From NCBI RefSeq assembly GCF_964204645.1, contig NC_134032.1, positions 3,248,175 through 3,312,174 on the forward strand: a stretch of 64,000 nt of DNA, given 5' to 3'. The stretch's first letter is position 1. Each line of letters begins with the position of its first letter. Shown one piece after another: positions 43,470 through 57,692 of the stretch. The position numbers and the translations under genes are program-made. The notes beneath the pieces were generated by a model. It did not search any database and had not been told where the DNA came from. It saw only the letters and a list, made by a program, of their open reading frames with translations. Source of the stretch: Tubulanus polymorphus. Taxonomy: Eukaryota > Animalia > Nemertea.

Positions 43470-45470
43470 CGCGTTGAGTTTTAATTGCGCCCCTCTTCTC
43501 GTTCCGTGCTACAAAAAAACTTCCAACTTCCGCTTCCAACTTCAATGGCCGGATCAGTCGGTCTTGGGTTCCGTTAGTGAAAACCATGATAACGTTCAAA
43601 GGTTCAAATATGTGAACAACACTGCTGTTTACGACAGTTCATTACTTCTTAGTTTAGACCTTGAGGGTCTAATTACGCCTCAAGATGTTTCGTCATTGAT
43701 GTTGGTAAAACGCAAAACTGCATGCATTTTGCGAGCGGTAAGAAATTTTGCTGCTAAAATTCCCAGGCTGGGTATGACAGCTATAAAATCCAAATATCTT
43801 TTACCAGAGGAATTAAATGATGCAGAGATGTGTTTAATTGTAAATGCGCAACGGGAATCGTACCCGAGCGAGTATAATTCGCTGCATCAAGGCATAGTAG
43901 CTATAAGAGTAGGTTACGTTGTCTCGATCCATTCATAGATGGTTCCTGTATAAGAGTCGGGGGTAGGATACGTAACGCGCCCTATATTCCAAATGAAGCA
44001 AAGCATTAATTATTACTCCCATTTGGTCACCATACGAATCTAATCGTGAAACGTGAACATTTATTGTCATTGCATTCTGGGCCTGAACATGTCATAGCGT
44101 CTGTACGACAAAAGTATTGGCCTATCAAGGCTCGAATTGTGGTGAAATCAGTCATTCGCAAATGTTTTACTTGTTGGCCACGAACGGCAATGCCTAAGAT
44201 ACCTTTTATGTCTGATTTACCGGACTTTCGTTTAACTGCGTATTCTCGCCCATTTGAATATACAGGAGTTGATTACCTTGGACCTCTGTTGATAAAAAGA
44301 GATCGTTCTGTTATTAAACGATGGGTTTGTCTATTCACTTGCCTTGTGACTCGGTCAGTTCACCCTGAATTAGCAGATTCCCTCGAAACTGATAGTTTCA
44401 TGTTGGTTCTACGTAGTTTTATTGGTAGACGTGGTACGCCTAGGGAGTTGTATAAAGACAATGGAACCAATTTCATTGGTGCTGAAAGGGAATTAAAGTC
44501 TTGTCTTTCAGAATGGAATCAGTCATTCATATCAAATTTTTTAGTAGAAAAAGGCACGAAGTGGATTTTCATGCCGCCCAACGCGCCTCACTTCGGTGGC
44601 GTATGGGAACGTTTAGTAAGGTCGGTTAAGAGAGCTTTGAAGTCATTACATGGGGAGCAATGTATCTGTGAAACTGTATTACGTACTACCCAGGGTGCCA
44701 TTAACAGTAGACCCCTTACATATAACAGCTCAGACCCGAACGATCTAACACCAATAACCCCTAATCATTTTCTCGATGGTGGAGCATCTTCAATAGTCTC
44801 ATTTGGTAAGTTTGAAAACAGAGAGATCAATAGCCGTAAAAGGTGGCGGCAGTGTCAGGTTCTGGCGGACCGTGTGTGGAGACGATGGATCATTGAATAC
44901 TTGCCTTCCCTCACTGTAAGAGGTAAGTGGACTGATGAAACCTCTAATGTAAAAATTGGAGATTTAGTAATTATCGTTGATAAGAATATCCCAAGGGGAC
45001 AATGGTCGTTAGGTAGGGAAACAAATACTATACCCGGTAAGGATGGACGAGTAAGAGCCCTTAAGGTCAAAACATGAGGTTCTGAGTACATACCTGTATC
45101 TAAAATTTGTGTATTAGAGGAAATATCGCTGATTGAATTATTATCAAAATTATTATTAGATAATAACCGTATCATGGGTACATGTGCTGTCACACGAGTG
45201 ACTAAGCGTTGTTTAATTTTGCCAACATTTGTATTGTTGCCAAGGAGGTGCTATGTTAGAAATTAGCTTTAATTTATAATTAGATTAGTAAATGATTTTG
45301 TCATATAAGAAATTATTCATTAGCTATGGTTTTGTATTTGTTATGATTTGTAATTTCATACTTTCTTTGTGTTTTTTACACTCTGCAAGTTTTGATATGG
45401 ATTATAGATTTATGAGTTGTGCATTTCCGTGTAGGCGAATGCCTTATATCATGCCTTAACGGCTCAGTAA
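43470..45470 (+). mobile_element. 5'-truncated BEL/Pao LTR retrotransposon remnant
   Basis: Degenerate pol fragments, integrase ORF, purine tract then TGTT at 45254 (likely 3' LTR start); right boundary approximate. Confidence 0.75.
44046..45077 (+). pseudogene. BEL/Pao integrase (zinc-binding region, DDE core, DUF5641-like tail)
   Basis: GVDYLGP, FTCLVTRSVH, DNGTNFIGA, APHFGGVWERLV, INSRPLT, ITPNHFL, GKDGRVR. Confidence 0.9.
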
Positions 45471-46074
45471 CTTTTGGCTTATATAATGTTTGATCAGAAA
45501 TCTGTGTATTCAGTGTCAGCTCTACATGTCGCACAGTGAACATGAAATTGTGAGTAGCCGGTCTTTAAATATGATTATACATGTATCAGTTATTTCAAAT
45601 GCTATAATTTGTGGTACATGATGTAAAATGAGCATAATTATTGTTGCTGTAATGTTTGTTTGTTTATTCTTTGTAGCAAACCGTGAATACATAATAAATA
45701 ATGTGTTTGAAACGTTCGCTGTAGTTAGTCTAGATCGTTGCCAGTCGCCTGTCAGCCAAGGGACGACAGCATCCACCAATACCTTCATAAACAGATTATC
45801 CCTCTCCTTAGTCCATAGTAGAGCCATTTTCGCCGTTTGAATTCACTGGAATATCATGTTACCACATCACTGAAAATTAGTCCCCACTTCAGTGCCATTT
45901 TGCCTTTTGTTTTACCATAAAACTTGTCAAAAGTTCATAAAACTTTCATATTCGCTCACAAATGCCAGTTAGCCCTAAGTGGTAAATAGCTTCTCATATT
46001 CCATGCAATATCCAAATTACATATTTCATATGCAAAACTCCAAACGCGTGTGGTATTTTTATGGTGGCTAATAA

Positions 46075-46772
46075 GGGCCATAGCGTAAAATTTCTGGTAT
46101 GTAAATGAGGGCGCCAGAACGCCAAAACGAAAAAAAAACGTCCAATTTTCTCTGAAAGTTCGTTTTGGCGCGCCAAAACAAAGAAAATTCCATTTTGGCG
46201 ACCCCGCCAAAACGAACTTTCATTTTGGCACCCCCGCCAAAACGAACTTTCGTTTTGGCGCTCCCGCTAAAACAACGAAAAACGTCAAATTTTCTCTGAA
46301 AATTCGTTTTGGCGCGCCAAAACAAGGAATATTCCGTTTAGGCGCGGTTATTTCCGTTTTGGCGCCCCCGCCAAAACAAGCATTCAACCACAGTAAAATT
46401 ATTTTTCAATTTGGCGCGTTGATCTTGTGTGTAATTTGCATAAATTTGCATATATAGAATTATTTTACGTATATATAAATTTATTTTGTGTGGTTTAAAG
46501 TTCGTTTTGGCGGGGGCGCCAAAATGGAATTTTCTTTGTTTTGGCGCGCCAAAACGAACTTTCAGAGAAATTTCGACGTTTTTCGTTGTTTTGGCGGAGG
46601 CGCCACAACGAAAGTTAGTTTTGGCGGGGGTGCCAAAATGAAAGTTCGTTTTGGCGGGGGCGACAAAACGGAATATTCTTTGTTATTATGAAAATTTGAC
46701 GTTTTTATTCGTTTTGGCGTTCTGGCGTTCTGGCGCCCTCATTTACATACCAGGAGTTTTACGCTATGGCCC
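46075..46772. mobile_element. Fold-back MITE with long modular inverted repeats
   Basis: GGGCCATAGCGTAAAA...TTTTACGCTATGGCCC ends; internal GGCGCGCCAAAAC modules mirrored; no TSD seen. Confidence 0.75.
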
Positions 46773-46859
46773 GTTTGAGAGCTACTTTGGAAAGAAGTTG
46801 AAGAAGAAAACGCAGACGGCGACAACCTAATTATCAGTACGCGCTGATAATAAAAATGC

Positions 46860-48640
46860 ATTAAAGAAAACTCATCGTCTTAAAATAGGGTGGAAACATT
46901 ACAACGATTTGCAGAAACTATTTGAACTGGTTCAGCCAGCAAAAGGTGGTGGGACACACTCAGTGGGTGTTGATAAAGAATGCTCCAAAGCAGACCTAAT
47001 AAGGATTTGCTGTGACGTGTTTTTTTCCTGGCGGTACCTCAGCTGCTCATAGATAATCCCTCCTTCACTGGTTCAGAGATTACAGATAATCTTTGAATAG
47101 TCAGGAAATGCATTTACGATTAATGAATGCATATCTGAGCAGCTCACCGTGACTCAAGTTCCCAGAATATATCTGCATACAAAGGTAAGAGAAATACTTA
47201 TATTGTATAGCCCTATTGAATAATTAACTGCGGAATTATTTTTTAACATGCTTTTATATTTGAACTCTCTGGTAGCCAAAACTTGGGCCAATCAAAATCT
47301 TGATGGCCGATCGGTGGCCATTGTTGTGTGAATCTGCGCTTTAAAAATTTCAAAAGGAAATTGTGAGAGCACCTTGAACAATTGTCTTGAGATTTAAGAC
47401 GTTAGTTTTTTATGATTTCTAGATCAGAGAACAATCGGAAACTGAGAGCACGACTGACTCTCAATTAGCCACAGCGGAGAACAACAAGCGGTTCAGCGGA
47501 GGACTCCACGGAACCAAAAGTAATGGAAAATGAAATTGACGAAGAACGTGGCTTGAATGCGACCGACGATATTGAAGAATTTCTCCAATTAGACCTATTC
47601 CAGTAGCCAGACACACCAACAATTCGATTTCGTATTCGAAAATTCAGCTAATGATGTGGCCATCGTGGAACAACCTATTCCAGATATAAACTATCTGAGT
47701 GCGTTTGAAGACCATGTGCTTATAATCTATAAGCCTAGTACCTAGGTCAAATATCATTAATGATACGATACCTGCATTTACAGATGAGACTATATTGAAC
47801 ACAATGATAAGTGTACGTATGGTACTTCCAAATGGAGATTTGGAAGCTGGTGAAGGTTGTGGCGTTTTTGAATATGAGTGGTAATGATGAAATGGTGCCC
47901 TTGCTTCGCCATGATTATGGCTCAGATAACTGGCAATCGGTGGCTAGAATACTTGTTGCGGGTTATAAGCATTGTCATGGCTATTTCCCTATTTTCTTAG
48001 CAAGACCATTTATTGAATTGATACTTTTTGATCATGTGTCAAACCTTTTTGAGTCGATCGAATCATTTCTGAATTAAATGTCCGCCTTAGAATCAGTTGT
48101 TATTAAAAGGGCTTTGGATAATTTCGATGACGATAAAAACGATTGCGATGAAATCATAGAAATTCTAGGGGGGGATACGATTGTAGGAAAATTCCCAACA
48201 AGGAAAATTTTCACACGTTGATCAGTGAGATCAGCAACAAAGAGCTAATTCAGAAAACTTTGTTTATTGTTGACAGTATAAAGGTCGTAGTCCGAGGCAA
48301 TTTCGGGACAACGCGCGACCAGTTCACTAAAATGTACGAAGAATTAAAACCGATAGCCAAAAAAATTGTAAATGCTTTTTCGTTCCCAGAAAATATGAGG
48401 CCATTGGAGTCTTCAGTTACTACGTATCTACGTATCGTTATATCGGCTCTCTTGACACGAAAGAGCAGCAGAGATTTTTTCGCGATTTTGTGCTGTCTCC
48501 GACCTCTGCAATACACCTGTTATAAAGGTTTTATTCAATCAGATGCCAAATGGGCTTACAAGGGCTCAATTTGGCTGAACGTGTACTAAAATGCTGGAGC
48601 TATATATGAAATTGCCGACTGTTGCTCACACTCGACAATT
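46860..48640 (+). pseudogene. Decayed gene, possibly HECT/G2E3-like
   Basis: Fragments KIGWKHY...KGGGT...FFPG, VPLLRHDY...WQSVARILVAGY...FPIFL; many stops and frameshifts. Confidence 0.4.
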
Positions 48641-49309
48641 TAGCCACTCAATAATTCTCATTAACTACTCCAGATCCGATTTTAATATATAAACTACCTA
48701 CATTGACCTTATGCTGATATGTTTTCGTTGTTTACACTTTCCGGACCATATCTTAAGTTCATTGTGCTAAAATTGCCTCTGATGAATAATATGGTAATAG
48801 TCTACTGTCTATCCCAAATGCGATTGCCAACCATCATTGAGCCATAGAATTATAAAACACTCGCAGTACAACCAAAGCTGCAGGTTGTGCCTCTTTTGTA
48901 AAAACACCTGCATTTTGAAAATCAGACGGATTTCAGAGCTATGTAAATTCGCGTCGTCGACGAAGAAGAAAAATATGTCCCGAACAAAACGCAGTTGTTT
49001 CTACATTTGCAGTTGCCATACAATGGCTTTCCACATAAATTCATGTTAGTTTTGTACATTGTCAATATTCAAACATACAATAGATCCACGGAGATTCATT
49101 CTAAGTCTGTTCACGCCTGATTAAATATTATGCAATTCGTAAAATGAATAAAACAGTTCAGTTTCCGAAGGGAAGTTGTTGTGTTTTGCAGTGTTGAGAA
49201 ACAGTGACGTCTTACAAGCTACAAATTTAGGGCAAGTACGGCATAGACTAGAGTTATAGTTTCATCATGGGCTCAACGAACAGTTTTAGAATTTGCGAGT
49301 CCACGGTTT

Positions 49310-51002
49310 TATAGACTAGGAGCCAGTTTGGTAGACTATGAATCAGTTCAATAGATTATGAGTCAGTTTCATAGACAAGGAGTCAGTTTCATAGACTATC
49401 AGTCAGTCTCATAGACTAGGAGTCAGTTTCATATACTAGGAATCATTTTGATTCACTATTAAAGTCAGCGTCATTGATTGGAGTTAGTTCCATAGACAAG
49501 AAGTCAGTTTCATAAACTTGGAGTCTGTTTCATAGACTAAGACTCAGTTCCATAGACTAGGAGTCGGTTTCTTAAAATTGGAGTCAGTTTTATAGACTAC
49601 GAGGCTTGTATTTGACTATAGAAGTGAGTTTCATCGATTAAGAGTTAGTTCCAATGACAAGAAGTCAGATTCATGGGAGTCTGCGTCATAGAATAGGAGT
49701 CAGGTCGATAAACTTGTAGTGTGTTTCATGGACTAGGAGTCAGTTCCTTAGACTAGGAGTCAGTTCCATAGACTAGAGTAGAGTCAGTTCCATAGACTGG
49801 TAGTCAGTTCCATAGACTAGAGTCAGTTCCATAGACTGGGAGTCAGTTCCATAGACTAGGAGTCAGTTCCTTAGACTAGGAGTCAGTTCCATAGACTAGA
49901 GTAGAGTCAGTTCCATAGACTGGGAGTCAGTTCCATAGACTGGGAGTTAGTTCCATAGACTAGGAGTCAGTTCCATAGACTAGGAGGCAGTTCCATAGAA
50001 TAGGAGTCAGTTCCATAGATTAGGAGTCAGTTCCATAGACTAGGAGTCAGTTCCATAGACTTGAGTCAGTTCCATAGACTGGAAGTCAGTTCCATAGACT
50101 AGGAGTCAGTTCCATAGACTAGGAGGCAGTTCCATACAATAGGAGTCAGTTCCATAGACTAGGAGTCAGTTCCATAGACTAGGAGTCAGTTCCATAGACT
50201 GGGAGTCAGTTCCATAAACTAGGAGTCAGTTCCATAGACTAGGAGGCAGTTCCATAGAATAGGAGTCAGTTCCATAGACTAGGAGTCAGTTCCATAGACT
50301 AGGAGGCAGTTCCATAGACTAGGAGTCAGTTCCATAGACTAGGAGTCAGTTCCATAGACTAGGAGGCAGTTCCATAGACTAGGAGTCAGTTCCATAGACT
50401 AGGAGTCAGTTCCATAGAATAGGAGTCAGTTCCATAGACTAGGAGTCAGTTCCATAGACTAGGAGTCAGTTCCATAGACTAGGAGGCAGTTCCATAGACT
50501 AGGAGTCAGTTCCATAGACTAGGAGTCAGTTCCATAGACTAGGAGTCAGTTCCATAGACTAGGAGTCAGTTCCATAGACTAGGAGGCAGTTCCATAGACT
50601 AGGGGTCAGTTCCATAAACTAGGAGGCAGCTCCATAGACTGGGAGTCAGTTCCATAGACTACGAGTCAGTTCCATAGACTAGGAGTTAGTTCCATAGGCT
50701 AGGAGTCAGTTCCATAGACTAGGAGGCAGTTCCATGGACTGGGAGGCAGTTCCATTGACTAGGAGTGAGTTCCATAAACTAGGAGTCAGTTCCATAGGCT
50801 AGGAGACAGTTCCATGGACTAGGAGTCAGTTCCATGGACTAGGAGTCAGTTCCATAGACTAGGAGTCAGTTCCATAGACTAGGAGTTAGTTCCATAGACT
50901 AGGAGGCAGTTCCATAGACTAGGAGTCAGTTCCATGGACTAGGAGTCAGTTCCATAGACTAGGAGTCAGTTCCATGGACTAGGAGTCCGTTTCATAGACT
51001 AT
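49310..51002. repeat. Minisatellite, 20-bp unit GACTAGGAGTCAGTTCCATA
   Basis: Homogeneous core ~49730-51000, degenerate left flank. Confidence 0.97.
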
Positions 51003-51238
51003 TGGAGCCTGAGACTCAATTCTATAAGCGATTTTCAAATACTAAAATAGTCATTGACGTTTAGATTCCGCGGACACAGGTTGTCTATGTTCTCCCAATA
51101 GACACCACATTGTCTCTATTGACAATGGGGATACTTCCTAATTTCGCAGTTAATATATCGAACATTTTAAATTATTTTAAGCTAACGAACTAGTCTGTTT
51201 TTGTTTCGTTAGTAGAATTTTTACTTGTAGTTTCAGAC

Positions 51239-54200
51239 ATGGACTATTATCTAACCTTTGGAATCACGCTACTGATGATGTCGTATGTGACGTCATGCGC
51301 CACACCGGCCCAGAATAACAACAGTAAGTATCAAATGATCCGGAAAACATTCTTCTAGTACATCCTCTACCGGAACGGATTCGAAATTTTCGATGGAACG
51401 AACTTGCTTAAAAACTACCCAAAATGTTCGAATGACTGTCCTGAATAACTACCAGTAGTGAATTTAGAATAACTGAATTTTTGAAACTATTTGTTTGGGC
51501 GGAGGTGAGTGAATGGAGAGATAAGAAGGCATATACGTGAGTACGAGTGAAGTAGAACTTTTGAAGACGTAGTCAGAATTTTAAAGCTAGATACGATATG
51601 TTGTCAATGAAGATTGAAATATAAATCATTATCTTTATTTCCAGCTCAAAACTTTTGCACTTCGAACTCGACCAACGACTGCGGAGTGGGAGTCGATTGT
51701 GTCGATACAAAGAATTCTTATTATTGTAAATGTCAGGATGGTTTTGTGCTCAGCGCAGACCAGAAACAGTGCAAAGGTAAGCAAGCACGCAATTTCTTAT
51801 ACCGACAGCCCCCGTGTGCCATTAGCTATCAATCCAGGAAGCGTATTAGCCGATTGTTTGTTCCTGTTTTTGTTTATTTCTATGGATTTAGGCTGTTATT
51901 TATTTAATTGATAGATTTCGTTTGATTTGTCTTGAGTTGGTGTCCCTCACAAACGAACCACACCTACCGGGAGCGAAACAGGGGGTTCAATTCTGAAATT
52001 GGAAGTTGTTTAAATGGAAATAATTGGAAATTGTCATTCAAACAATCTTGCAACAAGCCCGAATCGACAAGTGACTCATTGGGGTGAATTTTGTTGGCTG
52101 CCTGATTTGATACATCGAGATCTTGGAAGTAACTGTACTACAAGGTTGAAGATCATTACAGTTTGGTCGTTTTCTACTTGTAAATAGTCCGATTATAGTA
52201 CATTGTGATGTCGTTCTAGATAGATGTTGGTGATGAAGTCCTCTAAGTCGATTGTCCCGCGTGTTGACTAGATTGAAAAGAAACCAATTTCGAAACGCAA
52301 ATTATCCATCTACACATTTAAATCAAATATGCCATACGAATGCTATACCCATTTCCATAAAATTTCCTTCCTTTTGTAGCTATCAAAAACCTAATATTTA
52401 CCAGATGAAATAAGCAGGGATGAGATGCAAGATTCTTAAATTTTCAAATTTTCTTACATTGCGATTTTCCACTTTTTTCACATTTCTTTACACAAAAATC
52501 AGGTTTTTCACATTTTTTACACAAAACCTTTCAGAGGTGCCATACTAATAGATGTCTTCTTTTTCTACGTAGATTTATGCAAGAGGGAAGTTTCCAGCTT
52601 CCAGGTGCCACTTTGAAGTTGTCCCACGTGTCCCGCATTGTTGGTCAGATTTTAACATTTTTTTCAGATTGCGTAGTTTCTACAAACCGATACTTTTATT
52701 TACAATATTGATAACTATATCAAATTGGAAGGCACTCGATATCGCTGCTTTGCAGCTATATTCATTCTTATTATTTTATCATTTTTCGTTCAGTCGACAT
52801 CTATGTTATTTTTCAGAGCATCAATAAACGTATTTGTTATAACAATATCTGTATAGGTTTCCGTGCTATTGTTATTTCCATTTACACAGAACTGAATTGC
52901 GCATGCGATAGCGGTTGGACGCGAGCCTCACCAGGCAAATGCTTCAAATACACTGCGTCGGGCCGGGATGAAATTCGCTCACAATTGGCCAAAATCGACA
53001 ACGCAAACGAAAACGGAGTGGCCAGAAGTAAGTATGCCATACATTTTTCGGTGCAATTTTACGATTTGTTAAATCTCGTTCACTCCCGCATTTGTAATAG
53101 CTTGTACAGTGCTGGGGATAGTGATCGGAAAAGGCCGTTGCATGCCGGCCCAGGTCTTTCTGTATCGGTAAACGAACTTTTTTATCAACGCTTTTTATAG
53201 AGCTCATATCGAACTACACCAGCGCGTTTATTGGTTTTAGAAGACCGTTCAAAATGGTGAGTGTGGTGACTAATTGTAGGACTAAGACCAGGAATGAGTA
53301 GGGGGGGGGGGGGGGCTTTCGCATCCGCAGCAATCAGACTCGTCGGCTGTCCACCGTAACAACATTTTATTGCAGGCATACACAAATTGGAATTGGGGTG
53401 AACCTAACAATAGACCTGCGCCTGAAAACTGTGTTGAAATGTTTCCCAATAGTGGAAAGTGGAACGACATCAACTGCGCAGATTCGAAAGCCGTTATCGA
53501 ATATTATTCCTGTAGTTGTCGTGACGGTTACGAATTAAGTGATGATAAAAAGAAATGCATCGGTACGTAGTGCGCCGTCTTCTTACTCATAACTTCTGCA
53601 GATATGAACAGATCTGCCTGATAACCCTTTAGACAATCTACTGTCTGTACCCTGCATCCCCTCAGATAGTCTGCTGTCTGTACCCTGCAACCCGTCAGAC
53701 AATCTGCTGACTGTACCCTGCACCCCTTCAGACAATCTGTTGACTGTACCCTGCACCCCTTCAGACAATCTGCTGACTGTACTCTGCACCCCTTCAGACA
53801 ATCTGTTGACTGTACCCTGCACCCCTTCAGACAATCTGTTGACTGTACCCTGCATCCCTTCAGACAATCTGCTGACTGTACCCTGCACCCCCTCAGACAA
53901 TCTGCCGTCTGTACCCTGCACCCCTTCAGACAATCTGTTGACTGTACCCTGCACCCCTTCAGACAATCTGCTGACTGTACCCTGCACCCCCTCAGACAAT
54001 CTGCCGTCTGTACCCTGCACCCCTCAGACAATCTGCTGTCTGTACCCTGCGCCCCTCAGACAATCTGCTGTCTGTACCCTGCACCCCTCAGACAATCTGC
54101 TGACTGTACTCTGCACCCCTTCAGACAATCTGTTGACTGTACCCTGCACCCCTTCAGACAATCTGTTGACTGTACCCCCCTCAGACAATCTGCTGTCTGT

Positions 54201-57200
54201 ACCCTGCGCCCCTCAGACAATATGCTGTCTGTACCCTGCACCCCTCAGGCAATCTGCTGACTGTACCCTGCACCCCCTCAGACAATCTGCTGTCTGTACC
54301 CTGCGTCCCTCAGACAATCTGCTGTCTGTACCCTGCACCCCCTCAGGCAATCTGCTGACTGTACCTGCACCCCCTCAGACAATCTGCTGTCTGTACCCTG
54401 CACCCCTCAGACAATCTGCTGACTGTACCCTGCACCCCTTAGGACAATCTGTTGACTGTACCCTGCACCCCTTCAGACAATCTGTTGACTGTACCCTGCA
54501 CCCCTTCAGACAATCTGTTGACTGTACCCTGCACCCCTTCAGACAATCTGCTGACTGTACCCTGCACCCCCTCAGACAATCTGCTGTCTGTACCCTGCAC
54601 CCCTCAGACAATCTGCTGTCTGTACCCTGCGCCCCTCAGACAATCTGCTGTCTGTACCCTGCACCCCCTCAGGCAATCTGCTGACTGTACCCTGCACCCC
54701 TCAGACAATCTGCTGTCTGTACCCTGCAACCCCTCAGACAATCTGTTGTCTGTACCCTGCAACCCCTCTGACAATCTGCTGTCTGTACCCTGCGCCCCGT
54801 CAAACAATCTGCTGTCTAAACCCTGCACTCCTTCACACAACCTGCTGTCTGTACCCTGCAACCCCTCAGACAATCTGCTGTCTCTACTCTGCACCCCTTC
54901 AGACAATCTGCTGTGTGTACCCTGCAACCCTCAGATAATCCGCTGTCTGTACCCTGCACCCCCTTCGGACAATCTGCTGTCTGTACCCTGCAACCCGTCA
55001 GACAATCTGCTGTCTAACATGAAATTGTTTTTTTTAGATATAAACGAATGCGCTTTAGGGCTCGAAAAGTGTGGTCACGTGGGAACGTGCGTCAACACTG
55101 AGGGTTCCTATCGGTGTAATTGTAGCGACGGTTATGAATTAAGCGCCGACCAGAAACGATGTGACTGTAAGTTCCGTCATTCCAATCGCTCTCGTCATTA
55201 TTCTCATTCCCGCTATCTTGTTCCTCTTTATTTTCTCCCTCTCTCCTCTCTCTCTCTCTCTCTCTCTCCACCTCAGGCTCTATCCCTCTCTATCCTCCCT
55301 CCTCCTCTACTCCCCTACCCTCCCCAATCCATATCCCTCTCCCCTGGCTTTCGCTAGGCAAATAATAGAGCCTTCTCAATTCTATTTTTGTTTTGCCTAT
55401 ACATGTTTTTACACAGCCCAGTTTTACAACAAGCATTGCCAGTCCCCTAACTTCACATTTTAATATTGTCTTAGTAAAAACACGGTGATAAAAATGCCGT
55501 TTCTATTTCTATTTCATACCAATGCAGTTTCAGCGAATGGTGGTTGGATCCCGGTGGGAAACAACAAATGTTTCAAGATTTCTGCGCTTGCTAGTACGTT
55601 CAATCGGACCAAACTTTGTCCCGGCTTTTCAATAGCTGAAATGGAGAGCTGGACTGAAAATCAAGCAGCCAGAAGTAAGTACAGAAACGAGTCGATGATG
55701 ATACACCCGGGTCTCGTACGTAGAAGGCAAGTGTGCTAACAAGTAGACCAATAGAACCAGCCCAAGTTCGGTAGATATGAGCTTCTAGTTGTCCGTCGAT
55801 TTACATTTTTACTTTAATAAGATCAATTTTAATAGTGACGATATTCAAATTCAAGATATCTACCGACTAACTTCGCCCAACTTCCTTTCTTTATTCGCAT
55901 TGAGAAAATTGCGATTTTGAATTTTATAACCGTTTTCATTTAGGGCTCATTCCTGCAGACTACGGATCAGCGTGGCTTAATTACACTAGACCGTTTACAA
56001 TGGTGAGTCTATTTCCTGGAAGTAAGTAGCGAATTGATTAACTGTTAATTATATCGATGCAAATTGATATATTTATAAAACCCTATCAATATTGATGGCT
56101 TTTTTGGTGTCCACAGTTTCCTTGACATGGTGAAAATGAATTACGATATCTGCTACTGTCCGTCACGCCTGCTCTCCGTGCGACGTTTTGGTCCGTAATT
56201 TCGTTAATTATCGGTTTATTTACCTTTATTATGCATCAATTTTTTCAGTGGGGAATTTGCGTTCAGAAAGAAACAACAATTTTTGCTTAAAATGTTTTTG
56301 TTTTCATTTATCAGCGATAGTTTACTCAGCATACACTCGCGTAATGTTGAAAAATCCGCCCTGCGGACGCTCGGAAACGTTACAGTGACGTCATGACCTG
56401 CTCATTAGCATAACAAAATACAGTAGACGGCGCCACGTGACGGGCTACAAAAGCCGTTTTTCAGCATTACGCCAGCGAATGCTACGTAAACAATCAACGA
56501 TAGATAAAAACACCAAAAAAAATTATGCAAATTCATGATAAATTTCTGAATGCAAATTAATTACTGAACAAATTGATGCATAATATTCACAGATTAATTG
56601 ATAATTAACGAAACTACGGACCAAAACGTCGCATGGAGAGCAGGTGTGACAGACAGTAGATGAATTATGCCACCAAGACTTTTCACAGAGAAGTAAAATG
56701 GAACAAATATTTTGGTTTTTTAGTTTTGGCGAGTTTGGCTAAAGCAGCATTTTTCAAGAAACTATTTACCCTGGATGACTAGAAACGACGCTATTTTCAA
56801 AAATCTTATAATAGCAATAATTCATGCTTTTGTTCACGAGGTTCATAAGCGTCCATTATCGTAATCGAACACACATTCATCGACAATTTCACGTCCAGTC
56901 ATTTTTACTACCGGACACACCTCCCGGGAACGAAATGGGTTTTTCTTTTCTTGAAGTGGGATACCGATACCAACCGAAATATTAGGTCGGTTGGAAACGG
57001 GTAAATTCCTTTTTTTATCGAAGTGCTGGACACTTCGGTTTCGGTTTGGATGAACAACCTTCCATTCACGACCATTAATTTATGTCCGTTGCCTTAATCT
57101 AATACCGATAACTTTAACCCAGAGAGTAGAACATCATACTTCTCCGGAAGCTAGCTCAATTCTCATTATCATGCACATGACGTCGTGGTTTGTTCGCCAA

Positions 57201-57692
57201 CCAGTCGTGGATACTTGTCGTACTATATTGAGATGATTGCTCGCAGGTCGTACATATATACTTTCTCATGTTTGGAGTTAATATGGCCACTTAAACCATG
57301 ACCATAGGCAGAAACTGACCCGAACCAGACTCGTGTGAAATTTGGCCCGTGTCAAATTAAAAGGGCACATGAAGCTTGTTGGACCAATTAGCATTCACAC
57401 GAAAATGCATAATTTGGCGCGGGTCTTACGTTTTGTTCGGGCTATGTTTTTCCCGTTTCAAACAAGCACGGACCTACGCTTAGTCCGGCACCTCCACGCC
57501 CGGGCGCAGGTCAGAAATTCTCGGTGATCGCGACGAATATCATTTCAGAACTACACCAACTGGAAGTGGAGAGAACCAAACAATCGGAATAATGATGAAA
57601 ATTGCGTCGAAATTCAACGCTATTTCGGCGGATGGAACGATCTTCGATGCACCTCCAAACGTGTGCCTGCTGTTTGCTCGAAGGCTTGCTGA
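51239..57692 (+). CDS. Secreted EGF / C-type lectin protein, 9 coding exons (SP-EGF-CTLD-half EGF-cbEGF-CTLD)
   Basis: Exons 51239-51323, 51645-51776, 52890-53027, 53201-53256, 53376-53562, 55038-55166, 55528-55674, 55944-56002, 57549-57692; GT-AG introns with compatible phases; EPN and WND in both CTLDs, DINEC cbEGF; AATAAA 57936-41. Confidence 0.85.
53615..55016. repeat. Intronic minisatellite, 32-33-bp unit TCAGACAATCTGCTGTCTGTACCCTGCACCCC
   Basis: Tandem copies fill most of intron 5 of the lectin gene. Confidence 0.97.
56156..56656. mobile_element. MITE with TA target site (Tc1/mariner-type)
   Basis: ~57-bp imperfect TIR CTGTCCGTCACGCCTGCTCTCC.../...GGAGAGCAGGTGTGACAGACAG, TA on both sides. 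Confidence 0.85.

Noticed and set aside
45956-46691. ORFs with repeated KVRFGGGAK
   Set aside because: Products of the fold-back MITE's internal repeats.
48800-49300. Possible minus-strand Cys-rich (PHD-like) transposon gene remnant
   Set aside because: Too degraded to support a call by eye.
53528-55357. Long ORFs of PCTPSDNLL / CRVQSADCL repeats
   Set aside because: Translations of the intronic minisatellite; only the EGF exon 55038-55166 is credible coding sequence.
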